DNA of 63,948 nucleotides, filler included, from Pelomyxa schiedti (GCA_020536535.1; 10 parts of 10 records of this genome joined end to end with filler, not necessarily neighbours in it), one strand, 5' to 3'. Positions 34,279-45,909 are shown, numbered from the whole stretch's first letter. Numbers and translations: made by a program. The notes: a model not told the origin generated them from the letters alone.

Positions 34279-36598
34279 TGAAGTTTGCCTGTGAGATGAG
34301 GGGGAGACTGTCAAAGGGCGCATCAACAATGTCGCCATTGAGCATCTCAGTCATCAGTATTCCAAACCCCCACATGTCCCCTGTGGTTTTTTTTTTTTTT
34401 GGCAGTGATCCAAGGACAATTCCTCAACCTTTGACTGAGTAATGTGCAGTTGCCATTTGGGGAGCCATGTAAACAGGTGTTCCAGGCCCAATGGTTCTGT
34501 TTGTCCCTTGGCTGATCAGTCTTGTTGTTGTTGTCCCTTGTGGGTCCATTGCTCGTGACACACCTTGGGTGTGTTGAAGAATGAAATTTGAGTGGTTATT
34601 TGGTAAAAATAGATGGACCTGTGGAGGCTGTCCATTCCCTTGGCAACATTCAATGCAATGGCTGAAACTTCCTTGATGCTCAGTCGTTTCTTTTTTTCTC
34701 AGACACAATCTGAAGTTTCCCTGTTCCAGTTGTCGATGTTCCAATGCATTCCACAATGTTGGGATGCCTCAATGCACTCACAATCTGTGTGCGTGTAAAT
34801 ATACTGATGATGTCGTAAAGTGTTTTCACAGCAACTTCTCTTCCAGAGGGTGTGTGCATGCACCTGCCAACTGTCCCATAACTTCCACCTCCCAAGGGAG
34901 AAACAAATTTCAGGTCTGACTCGTTGATGGTCAAAACTGGTGCCATCCTCACCTTCATTGCTGTTTTGTTGTCATGTATTGTTGTTTTGTGCATCAAGAG
35001 GAGGGTCAACCTGGGATTCGGCGTTTTGGGGAAACCAGTTGGGAAAGTGACAGTGATGGAGAAGCAGAGAGTGTTGTCTCAGAATGACTTCGGGAAGATA
35101 AAGAGATGACCTGCTGGTTTTCATCCAGACCAAACTGTTTCTCAACTGCCATCTTCACAACCTGTGTTCGTTGTTGGTTTTCTCATGGTTGTCAACTTGT
35201 TCTGAGGTGTTAGCCTAACACCATCATACCTTGTCCAATGGGCACAATGAGCAAACTGACTCCTCAAATTCGATGTTGTGCCTTTCCAGTGTGACTGTAA
35301 CTTTCTTCATCACACACGATCTGCTCTTCACCTCTTCTTCTTCTGGTGTGCTTTGGGAGTGTATTCTGAGTGGTTGTGATGGTGCACTTACAGATTTCAC
35401 CCAAACACCCTGTTGGATATGCTTCAGAACGTGTTCAAAGCCTGCATTTGAGAATGTGGGTGAAAAATAAAAGAGTGCAACTTACATTGTGTTTGCTCAC
35501 GAAGTTTCTGTTTTGTTGCATCAAGTTCTTGTTTCAAGGATTGATTCTCACTTTTCAGGCTTCTCAGTTCCTGGATGAAAAGAGTAATTATGTGAAGTGA
35601 ACAGAATGGGTTTTTTTATGGCAAAAAACCTCCATAACATTCACGTCACCACATCCCATGCAGTGGGTCCTCGTGTTTCCTTTGTTTTGGAACATGCCAT
35701 CTTTCAAAGTGCCTTCAACCGTGGAGCCATCACCACTCCCACTGCCACTCTGGAATGTGGCTTTGCCATCACCATCACCATTCACCATGAACGTTCCCGT
35801 GAACTGGTCACCATTTGGCCACCTCATTGTGCCTGACGCGAGTACACCCTTCTCCCAAGCCCCGTCAAACGATTTCCCATCACATGCCCACGTCTTCCTC
35901 CCTGTTTCATGCTCCTTCCCACGCACCCACTGGCCCTCGTACCTGTCACCGTTTGCCCACAGCCTCACCCCCTGACCGTGGAACATGTCATCCTTCCACT
36001 CCCCAACGTAGCTCCCTCCACCTTGGTTGTTGTTGGCAAACAGCATCTTCCCTCTCCCACTCTTCTTGCCGTGGTCGAACATGCCACTGTAAATGTCATC
36101 CGTTTTCTGCGACTCCCACGTGCCCAGCCCGTGCCACTCGTTCCTGTCCCACTCGCCATCGTACGCCGCGTCTTTGCCCGTGTGGAAGCCCCGCCCCTGC
36201 ATCTCGTGCGCCTCTGCGTCGACGTTGTACGCCCAGTCGCCGTCGTACACATCGGCGTCGCCGTTGGTGAACCACGTGCCGACCTCCCAGTTGCCGTCCC
36301 TCCACAGCCCCTGGTAGCTCGACCCGTCAGCCAGTGCGTGCGTGCCCCATCCGTCCCTGCTGCCGTTGCGGTACTCGCCGTTGTAGGTGCTGCCGTCGGG
36401 CCACGTGTACACGCCGCGGCCGTGCCTGTTGTCGTCCCGCCACTCGCCGTGGTACGTGGTGCCGTCGGGCCACGTGCACGTGCCGGCGCCGTCGCGCTTG
36501 CCGTCGACGAGGCGCCCTGTGAACGTTCCGTTGTCGGGCGACGTGTGGTGGTCCGACACCAGAGAAACTGTGGGGGTTACGGACTTTCTCCTGGGCAT
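34279..36598 (-). pseudogene. MORN-repeat plus coiled-coil plus TKL kinase gene whose kinase domain lacks the alphaC, hinge and HRD-DFG segments; 3' end truncated
   Basis: MORN repeats (YxGxWxxxxRHGxG) at 35600-36550. GGGSYG, VAVK, LRHPNIV and GTPVYMAP are present, but there is a frameshift after VSE and no HRD or DFG. Confidence 0.7.
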
Positions 36599-37648
36599 TG
36601 TTGTTGGAGGAGCTACTTTTACTGTAATCATCAGTGATCGGTGATCGTCCCCACAATACCCTTCTTCTTTTGTTTACTGTATGTTGGGAAACCTTCGTTC
36701 CAGAAAACTTTCGTTCCACAACGCTTGCTGTGGGCTACGAAAAATTTTTTTTTTTGGAACGAAGGTTTCTCATACGGTAGTGCCCATTGTTTTTATTGCA
36801 CTTTGTGGGGATTAAATTTCAGTCTGATGAAGTGCCCAGTCCGTTGAGCCACTGTGTGATGGACTCGTTCACTTTATCATCTGTCACAGTCCCCCCTGTT
36901 GGTGATATTGTTTGTTGTGATGATGCCACAATGGCAGTGCAGCAACACCAGAGCAGTTTCGCAATCATTGTGAATGGAACCCGGTTCCTCTCTGTGCATG
37001 AGATGTTGGTGTGGNNNNNNNNNNNNNNNNNNNNNNNNNNNNNNNNNNNNNNNNNNNNTTAATTAATTAANNNNNNNNNNNNNNNNNNNNNNNNNNNNNN
37101 NNNNNNNNNNNNNNCCTTCCATGTCTGTCATCAACTTGGCGGACTCATGGAATCGAGCATGTGCAAACTGTGACAAGTTGGAAATTCACTCAGAACCCTG
37201 TGAGTGAGCCGGAACTTTCTCTGTCGAAATAACATTTCTTTTTTTCAGGATGGAAGTTGGAGCTGCGCTTCTGGGCAAGGAGCAATCGGCACTTCACACA
37301 GAAAGATGAACACAACTGAGAAGGCTTCTCAGCTTGTGAATTGTTACTCAACCATGTAAAAGTTATCACTTTTGCTATTTCCTCCCAAAGGAGTATTTTA
37401 TTTCCCTCCCAGATTTCAGAACAATCAGCAGTTCCTCATACGAACAGGAATCATAGATACAATTACTGTATGAATTCACCTTATTTCCTTTTCAAGATAA
37501 AGTAGTTACTTCTATCTGTAGAAACTGCGTCAATTTGAGTCCGTTCTCCTCAAGCTTAACACCACTCGCTCCTCCAACAGTCAAATCCTGCGCGTCAGCA
37601 GTATATCTCTTGTCTACACAATGGCAATATCAAACGGTTTCACTTCCC

Positions 37649-37680
<32 letters not shown>

Positions 37681-38901
37681 TTTTTGGTTGCTTTCTCTCA
37701 TTGGGTAATTAGAGACCCACATGGCCAAAAATCAGCATTCACTGCTCACGTCACACGATTGGAAATCAAGTTAGTCTTCTCATAATATGGTGCTTTCCTT
37801 TTCTGCCCCTTATTTCCCACACAGGTAAAATCGAGTTGCTTCACATGGTGTGTCAATGTCAATTTCCTTTTTTTTTTTTTTTTTTTTTTTTTCAAACTCA
37901 GTGACCAGTTCAGAATCTCCAAATAAACAAAACCGATTTTCTGGGGATCAGAATGGGGGAGTCCGTGAGTAGAACTTTGTTGCCGAAGAAAGGATGTCAT
38001 CTTATTTCGTTCCCAGGAATCCAGATCAATGAATGAGGGCGGTCTCAGGCAATACTCTGTGTGGTTGGGGGAACAAGCCCGAAAGACTGGAGTCCTTGAG
38101 TCGTCTTCACTTATTTACTCAGTTATTCCTTGCTTTATTTATTTGTTTTACTTGTTTTTAACTTCTTCTCCAGGTTCTGACTACTGCGATGGATACAGCT
38201 GCTGTTTCTCTCAGGGTTTCTGGTGACTGAAGCCGAACACAAGAATGTTCTTGTGTCCACTTCCCTGATTTCATTCTTGATCTCGGTTTTTTTGCCAAAT
38301 TTCTATTCTGATTTTTTTCCTCCGCAGCATTAATGATCTTTCAGTCCCTCTGCCTCACACCCAAAGGGAATCGATTCCAGCAGATAATGTCCATTTTGGC
38401 ACTCAATTATACTCTTGGTGTCACAACTGCTGTGAACTTTGCAAAAGTGGATGTGATCGAACTGGAATAATGTTTGCCATGGCTTCAGCTGTTTTGTGTG
38501 TATTTTTGTCTTGTCTCCAATTCCAACAGAAAATATCATTTTAACACAAATGTAGCACCATGTTGGAACCCAGAAGAAACCTTCCCCGGCTTGCAGAACT
38601 CATTGAAAACTATGATGATATGAGACTCCCCAGTTTCATCACTTCCGCTCCTCCACAAACTAACCCATCAGTGGTGGTTGTACAACCCAGTACAGTGCCA
38701 AAAAGCCAACCAATGGCAACAACAGTCACCGGTTACTGCAACAGTCTTTATGGGAGTGGTGCTGCTTCCAGCAATTTCGAACCCATTGCTGTTCCACGGA
38801 TATATCCAAACCTCGGGGGGGATTTTACAACATCCACACCACCACTTCCCGCCTCCACCGTCGGCAACAGCAACAACTACAAACATTACGCAGGAAGCGT
38901 T

Positions 38902-39229
38902 TCAAGAAATGGATCCTTTGTGTACAGCAGAATAGAGGGCCCGTGCTTCATCAGCACCAAACTGCTCAAAAGTCCAATCACTCTTGGTTGTCCATTTGGA
39001 ATGGCGATGTTGAACACCATACCGGGAGCTCTCCCTTTGAGAAAACAGGAAGTTAGAGACTAAGGAAATACCAATGAGAAGTAACAGAGACAAACACAAC
39101 TGGTCAAAAACATCCACATTGTGATAGTGCGAGCGGTACTCCCAAACCATGGAGGGCATGAGCTCTTCACCTGCCTTAAATGCCTTCTTGTTCCCACAAA
39201 ACCCTGGTTTGACCATTTTCACCCAAGGG
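38902..39229 (-). mobile_element. piggyBac/PGBD-like DDE transposase C-terminal fragment with a probable 66-nt intron and a frameshift
   Basis: PSMVWEYRSHYHNVDVFDQ|ESSRYGVQHRHSKW...ARALYS resembles the PxxVxxYNxxMGGVDxxDQxxxxY...RxxKW...NAxxLY block (by eye). Confidence 0.55.
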
Positions 39230-39329
39230 NNNNNNNNNNNNNNNNNNNNNNNNNNNNNNNNNNNNNNNNNNNNTTAATTAATTAANNNNNNNNNNNNNNN
39301 NNNNNNNNNNNNNNNNNNNNNNNNNNNNN

Positions 39330-40870
39330 GGCACGATAGTATGTTTCTTTCCTTTGTATTTGGCTATTGCCAACTCCGTCATAGGTAAGGAGGTGGAGGT
39401 GGATAGGAATTCCTCCTCTTCTCCTTGTACTCATCTCCCCTTAGATCACCTCCAGTGGCCGAGGTGGGCAGAGCCCAGGGAATGTGCAGCTGCTCCGAGT
39501 ATTTCACAGATTTTTCGCTTCATCGTACACAGTACAATGCCACCAGTGTGGCACACCACAGCCTTCAATATTTCAGTCAGCTTGGCACTGGTATGTGGCT
39601 ACTTTGTTTCTTTTCCGTTCTGAGCATACTATGATCAGGAGGAGGACTTGCCGGCTGGGATTACACCGTTTCCTGTAAGATAAACTCGATTTAGAAACAG
39701 AATAGATTGACCAGGGATGGCTGGGTTGGTCCGTCGGCAACGCACTTTGGCGGACATGTGGAGCAGTGAAAAGCAACCAAATAGCTTCGTTGCAGTGTCT
39801 CTAGACACTAGCAAGAAATCGGTCACCAAAAAAAGTTGCTTTGGTGGTGTCTGCAACAGAGGTGTGGAAACAGGCACGGTTACATTGTACTTCCATTCCT
39901 TGGCTTTTTGTTCTTCTCCCTTACTTGTATCAGTTTTGAAAGGATTTCCTCTTGTCAGTCAACTTCATTTATCACCTACAACAGTGGGTGTGGAAGTACA
40001 AGAGAGCTGATCCACTGATGACGCAGTTATTGTTGAAGCAGACAAGCACTTTTTACTTGAAATCAAAACAGGGTGGTCTACTCTACTGTCAAAACGGTCT
40101 AATTCTGATGTATTTTCTCTCTTTGTATTCTCTTTCAAACCAAACTTCAGACAATACCTTTCTTCTTCGGAAGAAATCTGTGCCTCTGCAGGGCAAATTT
40201 TACCCTCAATTGTCGTTGCTGTTGCTCAAGCTGATGAACTTTTAGGAGGCACCGAAATGAAACAGGAAATTTTGGAGGAAATACAATCCTGATCTCATTC
40301 TAGAGATGGATGAGACTATGTTGCCCAAGATGATACACAACTACAGTACACAAACCCCACCCAAAAACAAGTATTTCTGTTGGTAATGGCCTTGTACTTT
40401 TTGGAAAACGTGCACATACAGGTTTCATGCAAGCTAATGAAAAATGCCACCCACAAGACACCAAAGAACAGAGGGAAAACTGCAATTCTCCATCCCAATT
40501 GCCCACTTCCATGGCTTAAACTCTTAGAAAGGATCACCGCACTGCAGCATTACAGCAAGCCGCAACAAACTCCCATGCTATGTTACTGGACTGTTAAATA
40601 ACATGGTTTGATTCCCTCTTAAATTCAAGTCTCTCACTTTCGCACAGCTCCCACAACCGGCTGTTGCCCACCAACAGCACCTACTCTGCCATTGCCAGCA
40701 ACTTCTTTACCATACCCGAAACCAGCTCTACAATTGCCAACACCTTCTTGCCAGCAACTTCTTTTCCATTGCCAGAACCTACTTATCATTGCTGCCAACA
40801 CCTCCATGGTATGTACCCTGCCACACTGTTCCTCTTTACTTTTGTGAGTCTCTCCCCTGCAACTTGACAC
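39330..40870 (+). CDS. Multi-exon hypothetical gene, left-arm copy (partial; a deletion in its 42-bp repeat appears to shift the frame)
   Basis: Coding-like exons (VNFIYHLQQWVWKYK...LLYCQNGLIL) and GT-AG signals; mirrored in the right arm. Confidence 0.4.
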
Positions 40871-40997
40871 TGATGTATTTTTTCTTTTTTTTTTCTCGTT
40901 CTGTTCTAGCCACACTTAATGCCTACACCAAGGTTTGTTTTATTCTCACAATCAAAGGAAAGTAAAAAAAATAATAGTAGTTTTGGTGATGGGGTGG

Positions 40998-43745
40998 CTA
41001 TGGTGCCTGTTGTTGCTGTTGCTGCTGAAGTTGGATGTCCGCGATTCTTGCAAGACCAAAGATGGTTGGTTCCTGGAAGAACTGTTCCATCGAGATGTTG
41101 ATGCCGTGGGAAAGTAGCTTTGTTGTGACCTTGGTCATGATCATCGAGTTACCACCGGCATGGAAGAAGGTGGTCCGGATTCCACCGGTGAACCCAAACG
41201 ACTGGTTCCAGATGTTGTAAATCAGCTTCTCGTTCTCCGTTGTTGGTGGTTGTTGGTCTTCTTCCGGAAGTTCGCCCTCGATAACCATTGCCTCGAGGGC
41301 CTTCCTGTTTGTCTTTCCGGAACGGTTGATCGGCATCGAACTCAGAATGGTCAGTGTGCTCGGAATCATGTATTGCGGCAACTTTAGGGAGAGGAATTGT
41401 TGCAGGTCCGATTCCATTCCCGGAACAACAACGGGAGTGCACTCCGGAGTTCCGGAAATGTCAACTCCCATCACTTCAAGGGCATCTTGTGAAGGAATAA
41501 CATAGCCGGCAAGGTGCTGGGCGCCGGTCTGCCGGTTGGTCTTCACAACCACAGCTGCATCTTGAACGCAAGTGTTGCTCTGAAGGGCACGCTCTATTTC
41601 ACCAAGTTCGATCCTCAAACCGTTGAGTTTCACCTGGAAATCGATTCTCCCAACGAACTGGAACTCTCCATTGTGGTGAAGAATCCTTCCCAAGTCGCCT
41701 GTTCTGTAAACCTTTCCCTCACAGAACGGAACGTTGACGAACTTCTCAGCAGTCAACTGGTCTCGGTTGATGTATCCCTTTCCAACCGCAATTCCGCCAA
41801 TGCAAATCTCGCCGACGGCTCCAAACGGAACCGGCCGGAGGTTCTTGTCAGCCAGGAACACTTTCACGCTCTTCATTGGTTTCCCGAGTGGCGTGGGCCA
41901 ATGAACAGGAGCACTCTCCTCAAAGCACTCTGTTGTCCAAAACGATGCGCCGCAAGAGGCTTCAGTTGGTCCGTAATGGTTGTCGAGAACTGTTCCCGGA
42001 AACACCTTCAGGAAACTCCTCACGAGTTCCCAGTGGAGTGCCTCCCCACCTGCGATCACGTGCCTCAGTGCGATGGATTCTGGTGTCAGGTGCTGCGATT
42101 CGGCAAGCGATGCGACCTCCTTGAGAACTGTTGGAACAAGGAACACGTGTGTGATCTTCTCTGAAACGATCATCTGGAGGAGCTGCTCTGGGTCTTTGGC
42201 CGTCTGGGGATTCTCTGGAAGAACGACAGTGCAACCGCTCACGCACAGCGAGAATATCTCACCGATGGAGGCATCGAAATAGTGTGGTGTCTTGTGGAGG
42301 TACCGATCGCTGACAGTCGTTTCCATGTCGGTGGTGTGCAACCAACGGATGAAGTTTGTGGATCCAATGTGATGGCAAACCGCTATTTTTGGGATTCCAG
42401 TGGAACCAGACGTCGGGATTGCATAAATGCTCTCCTCACCGGTCTTGATCGGGCATGTTGGGTTCGTGGTTGGTGAGTGGCGGAATGCTTCCTCATCGTC
42501 AAGACTGACGATTTGACCTTCTCCTTCTTGAGAAGGAATCAACTTTCGGAAAGAACTCTTTGTGATGAGGATGACTTTCGGTCTCGCATCACTCAACAAG
42601 GAGGATATCCTGTCGGAGGGAGATTCCAAGTCGATTGGAAGGTAAGCTCCACCTGACTTGAGAACTCCATAAATCGAAATGTACAACTCAATGCAGATGT
42701 CCGAAAAGATCGCAACAAAGTCGTTTGGTCTCACTCCCATCTTCTCGATCAGGAAGTTCGCGAGCTGGTTCACTCGGCTGTTCATCATTTCGAAACTCAC
42801 TTTCGTGCTCCCCATTTCGAGTGCAACACTTGTGGGATGTGCCTGAACTTGCTCCTCGAAAAGTGTCATCAAAGGCTTGAACGGTTCCGAGTCACCAGTG
42901 TTGTTCCACTCCTCGATTCTCCTTTCTTCAGATGGTTCAAGCGAAAGAATCTTCCAGACGGGATCAGAGGGTCCAGAGACAGCACGCCTGATGAGTGTCT
43001 CCATGAACACCGCCATCGATTCTACCGTTCCAGTGTCAAGAATATCTTTGGCGAACTCGAAACACAGTTCCAGGGAGGAATCACGCTGGACTGCAGAGAG
43101 TGTGAGATCGAACTTGGTGAGTCCCTCTTTCTTCATCGCAATCTCTTTCACACCACTCACACCTTCCATCGAGAAAGTGGACTTGTCCAACAGGTTCCAC
43201 TCATCCATCGTGAACAAGACCTGAACCAGTGGCTGGACACTGAGCCTCCTCTCGACTCCAACAACCTCCACCACTTTGTCAAACGGCACGTCCTGTGCAC
43301 CCTGTGCCGAGATCACCTTGTTGCTCACTTTGTCGAGGAGAGTTCCGAATGTTTCGTTGTCATCCACGAACACCCTGATCGGGAGTGTGTTCACGAAGAA
43401 CCCGATCATCGATTCCACGCCAGGGTAATGCCTGTTCGCCGTGGGAATCCCAACAACGATGTCGCCCTCGCTCTCCATCTTGCTGTATCTGTGGAGGAGC
43501 GACTGGAACACCGTGAGGAGTGTGCTGAACGGTGTTGCGCCGTGTGTTCGGCCCAACTGGATCAGTTGTTCCCAAACCGAAAGCGGGACTTGGTGGATGA
43601 CTGTTCCCGCTGAATAATCCCTCTTGTTTGTTCTTGGTCTGTCAAGCGGAAGTGCTGCAACCTCTGTGACACCCTCGAGGTCTTTCTTCCAGAACTCGAG
43701 TTGCTTCCCCATATTTTCACTGGCCAAGAATTTGTTCTGCCAGAG
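40998..43745 (-). CDS. NRPS module: partial condensation domain, adenylation domain and PCP; intronless; N-terminus lost at the fold-back junction
   Basis: C-domain motifs WQ...QLEFW, LPLDRPR, IGFFVNTL, DVPF and KFDL. A-domain motifs TSGSTGIPK, FDAS, GGEAL, YGPTE, GEICIGG, YRTGDL, GRIDFQVKLNGLRIELGEIE and SGKTNRKAL. PCP motif FFHAGGNS. Confidence 0.95.
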   Translation of the reverse strand, partial: LWQNKFLASENMGKQLEFWKKDLEGVTEVAALPLDRPRTNKRDYSAGTVIHQVPLSVWEQLIQLGRTHGATPFSTLLTVFQSLLHRYSKMESEGDIVVGIPTANRHYPGVESMIGFFVNTLPIRVFVDDNETFGTLLDKVSNKVISAQGAQDVPFDKVVEVVGVERRLSVQPLVQVLFTMDEWNLLDKSTFSMEGVSGVKEIAMKKEGLTKFDLTLSAVQRDSSLELCFEFAKDILDTGTVESMAVFMETLIRRAVSGPSDPVWKILSLEPSEERRIEEWNNTGDSEPFKPLMTLFEEQVQAHPTSVALEMGSTKVSFEMMNSRVNQLANFLIEKMGVRPNDFVAIFSDICIELYISIYGVLKSGGAYLPIDLESPSDRISSLLSDARPKVILITKSSFRKLIPSQEGEGQIVSLDDEEAFRHSPTTNPTCPIKTGEESIYAIPTSGSTGIPKIAVCHHIGSTNFIRWLHTTDMETTVSDRYLHKTPHYFDASIGEIFSLCVSGCTVVLPENPQTAKDPEQLLQMIVSEKITHVFLVPTVLKEVASLAESQHLTPESIALRHVIAGGEALHWELVRSFLKVFPGTVLDNHYGPTEASCGASFWTTECFEESAPVHWPTPLGKPMKSVKVFLADKNLRPVPFGAVGEICIGGIAVGKGYINRDQLTAEKFVNVPFCEGKVYRTGDLGRILHHNGEFQFVGRIDFQVKLNGLRIELGEIERALQSNTCVQDAAVVVKTNRQTGAQHLAGYVIPSQDALEVMGVDISGTPECTPVVVPGMESDLQQFLSLKLPQYMIPSTLTILSSMPINRSGKTNRKALEAMVIEGELPEEDQQPPTTENEKLIYNIWNQSFGFTGGIRTTFFHAGGNSMIMTKVTTKLLSHGINISMEQFFQEPTIFGLARIADIQLQQQQQQQAP

Positions 43746-43752
43746 TGTGAGG

Positions 43753-45909
43753 GGTGTGAAAGAGATCCCGATGAAGAAGGAGGGACTCACCAAGTTCGAT
43801 CTCACACTCTCTGCAGTCCAGAGAGAGGAATCCTTGGAACTGTGTTTCGAGTTCGCCAAAGATATTCTTGACACTGGAACGGTCGAATCGATGGCGGTGT
43901 TCATGGAGACACTCATCAGGCGTGCTGTCTCTGGACCCTCTGATCCCGTCTGGAAGATTCTTTCGCTTGAACCATCTGAAGAAAGGAGAATCGAGGAGTG
44001 GAACAACACTGGTGACTCGGAACCGTTCAAGCCTTTGATGACACTTTTCGAGGAGCAAGTTCAGGCACATCCCACAAGTGTTGCACTCGAAATGGGGAGC
44101 ACGAAAGTGAGTTTCGAAATGATGAACAGCCGAGTGAACCAGCTCGCGAACTTCCTGATCGAGAAGATGGGAGTGAGACCAAACGACTTTGTTGCGATAT
44201 TTTCGGACATCTGCATTGAGTTGTACATTTCGATTTATGGAGTTCTCAAGTCAGGTGGAGCTTACCTTCCAATCGACTTGGAATCTCCCTCCGACAGGAT
44301 ATCCTCCTTGTTGAGTGATGCGAGACCGAAAGTCATCCTCATCACAAAGAGTTCTTTCCGAAAGTTGATTCCTTCTCAAGAAGGAGAAGGTCAAATCGTC
44401 AGTCTTGAAGATGAGGAAGCATTCAGCCACTCACCAACCACGAACCCAACATGCCCAATCAAGACCGGTGAGGAGAGCATTTACGCAATCCCGACGTCTG
44501 GTTCCACCGGAATCCCAAAAATCGCTGTTTGCCATCACCTTGGATCCACCAACTTCATCCGTTGGTTGCACACCACCGACATGGAAACGACTGTCAGCGA
44601 TCGGTACCTCCACAAGACACCACACTATTTCGATGCCTCCATCGGTGAGATATTCTCTCTGTGCGTGAGCGGTTGCACTGTCGTTCTTCCAGAGAATCCC
44701 CAGACGGCCAAAGACCCAGAGCAGCTCCTCAAGATGATCGTTTCAGAGAAGATTACACACGTGTTCCTTGTTCCAACAGTTCTCAAGGAGGTCGCATCGC
44801 TTGCCGAATCGCAGCACCTGACACCAGAATCCATCGCACTGAGGCACGTGATCGCAGGTGGGGAGGCACTCCACTGGGAACTCGTGAGGAGTTTCCTGAA
44901 GGTGTTTCCGGGAACAGTTCTCGACAACCATTACGGACCAACTGAAGCCTCTTGCGGCGCATCGTTTTGGACAACAGAGTGCTTTGAGGAGAGTGCTCCT
45001 GTTCATTGGCCCACGCCACTCGGGAAACCAATGAAGAGCGTGAAAGTGTTCCTGGCTGACAAGAACCTCCGGCCGGTTCCGTTTGGAGCCGTCGGCGAGA
45101 TTTGCATTGGCGGAATTGCGGTTGGAAAGGGATACATCAACCGAGACCAGTTGACTGCTGAGAAGTTCGTCAACGTTCCGTTCTGTTCGGGAAAGGTTTA
45201 CAGAACAGGCGACTTGGGAAGGATTCTTCACCACAATGGAGAGTTCCAGTTCGTTGGGAGAATCGATTTCCAGGTGAAACTCAACGGTTTGAGGATCGAA
45301 CTTGGTGAAATAGAGCGTGCCCTTCAGAGCAACACTTGCGTTCAAGATGCAGCTGTGGTTGTGAAGACCAACCGGCAGACCGGCGCCCAGCACCTTGCCG
45401 GCTATGTTATTCCTTCACAAGATGCCCTTGAAGTGATGGGAGTTGACATTTCCGGAACTCCGGAGTGCACTCCCGTTGTTGTTCCGGGAATGGAATCGGA
45501 CCTGCAACAATTCCTCTCCCTAAAGTTGCCGCAATACATGATTCCGAGCACACTGACCATTCTGAGTTCGATGCCGATCAACCGTTCCGGAAAGACAAAC
45601 AGGAAGGCCCTCGAGTCAATGGTTATCGAGGGCGAACTTCCGGAAGAAGACCAACAACCACCAACAACGGAGAACGAGAAGCTGATTTACAACGTCTGGA
45701 ACCAGTCGTTTGGCTTCACTGGTGGAATCCGGACCACCTTCTTCCATGCCGGTGGTAACTCGATGATCATGACCAAGATCACAACAAAGCTACTTTCCCA
45801 CGGTATCAACATCTCGATGGAACAGTTCTTCCAGGAACCAACCATCTTTGGTCTTGCAAGAATCGCGGACATTCAACTTCAGCATACCGCGCAACAACAG
45901 GCACCATAG
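43753..45909 (+). CDS. Second NRPS copy: C-domain tail, adenylation domain and PCP; more 5'-truncated
   Basis: Same motifs as the left copy. I count about 14 amino-acid differences over about 720 residues by eye. The frame is intact. Confidence 0.95.
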   Translation, partial: GVKEIPMKKEGLTKFDLTLSAVQREESLELCFEFAKDILDTGTVESMAVFMETLIRRAVSGPSDPVWKILSLEPSEERRIEEWNNTGDSEPFKPLMTLFEEQVQAHPTSVALEMGSTKVSFEMMNSRVNQLANFLIEKMGVRPNDFVAIFSDICIELYISIYGVLKSGGAYLPIDLESPSDRISSLLSDARPKVILITKSSFRKLIPSQEGEGQIVSLEDEEAFSHSPTTNPTCPIKTGEESIYAIPTSGSTGIPKIAVCHHLGSTNFIRWLHTTDMETTVSDRYLHKTPHYFDASIGEIFSLCVSGCTVVLPENPQTAKDPEQLLKMIVSEKITHVFLVPTVLKEVASLAESQHLTPESIALRHVIAGGEALHWELVRSFLKVFPGTVLDNHYGPTEASCGASFWTTECFEESAPVHWPTPLGKPMKSVKVFLADKNLRPVPFGAVGEICIGGIAVGKGYINRDQLTAEKFVNVPFCSGKVYRTGDLGRILHHNGEFQFVGRIDFQVKLNGLRIELGEIERALQSNTCVQDAAVVVKTNRQTGAQHLAGYVIPSQDALEVMGVDISGTPECTPVVVPGMESDLQQFLSLKLPQYMIPSTLTILSSMPINRSGKTNRKALESMVIEGELPEEDQQPPTTENEKLIYNVWNQSFGFTGGIRTTFFHAGGNSMIMTKITTKLLSHGINISMEQFFQEPTIFGLARIADIQLQHTAQQQAP

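Noticed and set aside
38560-39063. 167-aa plus-strand ORF as a confident gene
   Set aside because: No recognisable motif, and its 3' half is antisense to the transposase-like frame. Left unresolved.
40998-45909. NRPS contig as simple bacterial contamination
   Set aside because: The flanks carry homopolymer-rich intergenic DNA and intron-like GT-AG structure like the rest of the window, and the protein ends in a poly-Gln tail. I consider contamination unlikely but have not excluded it.
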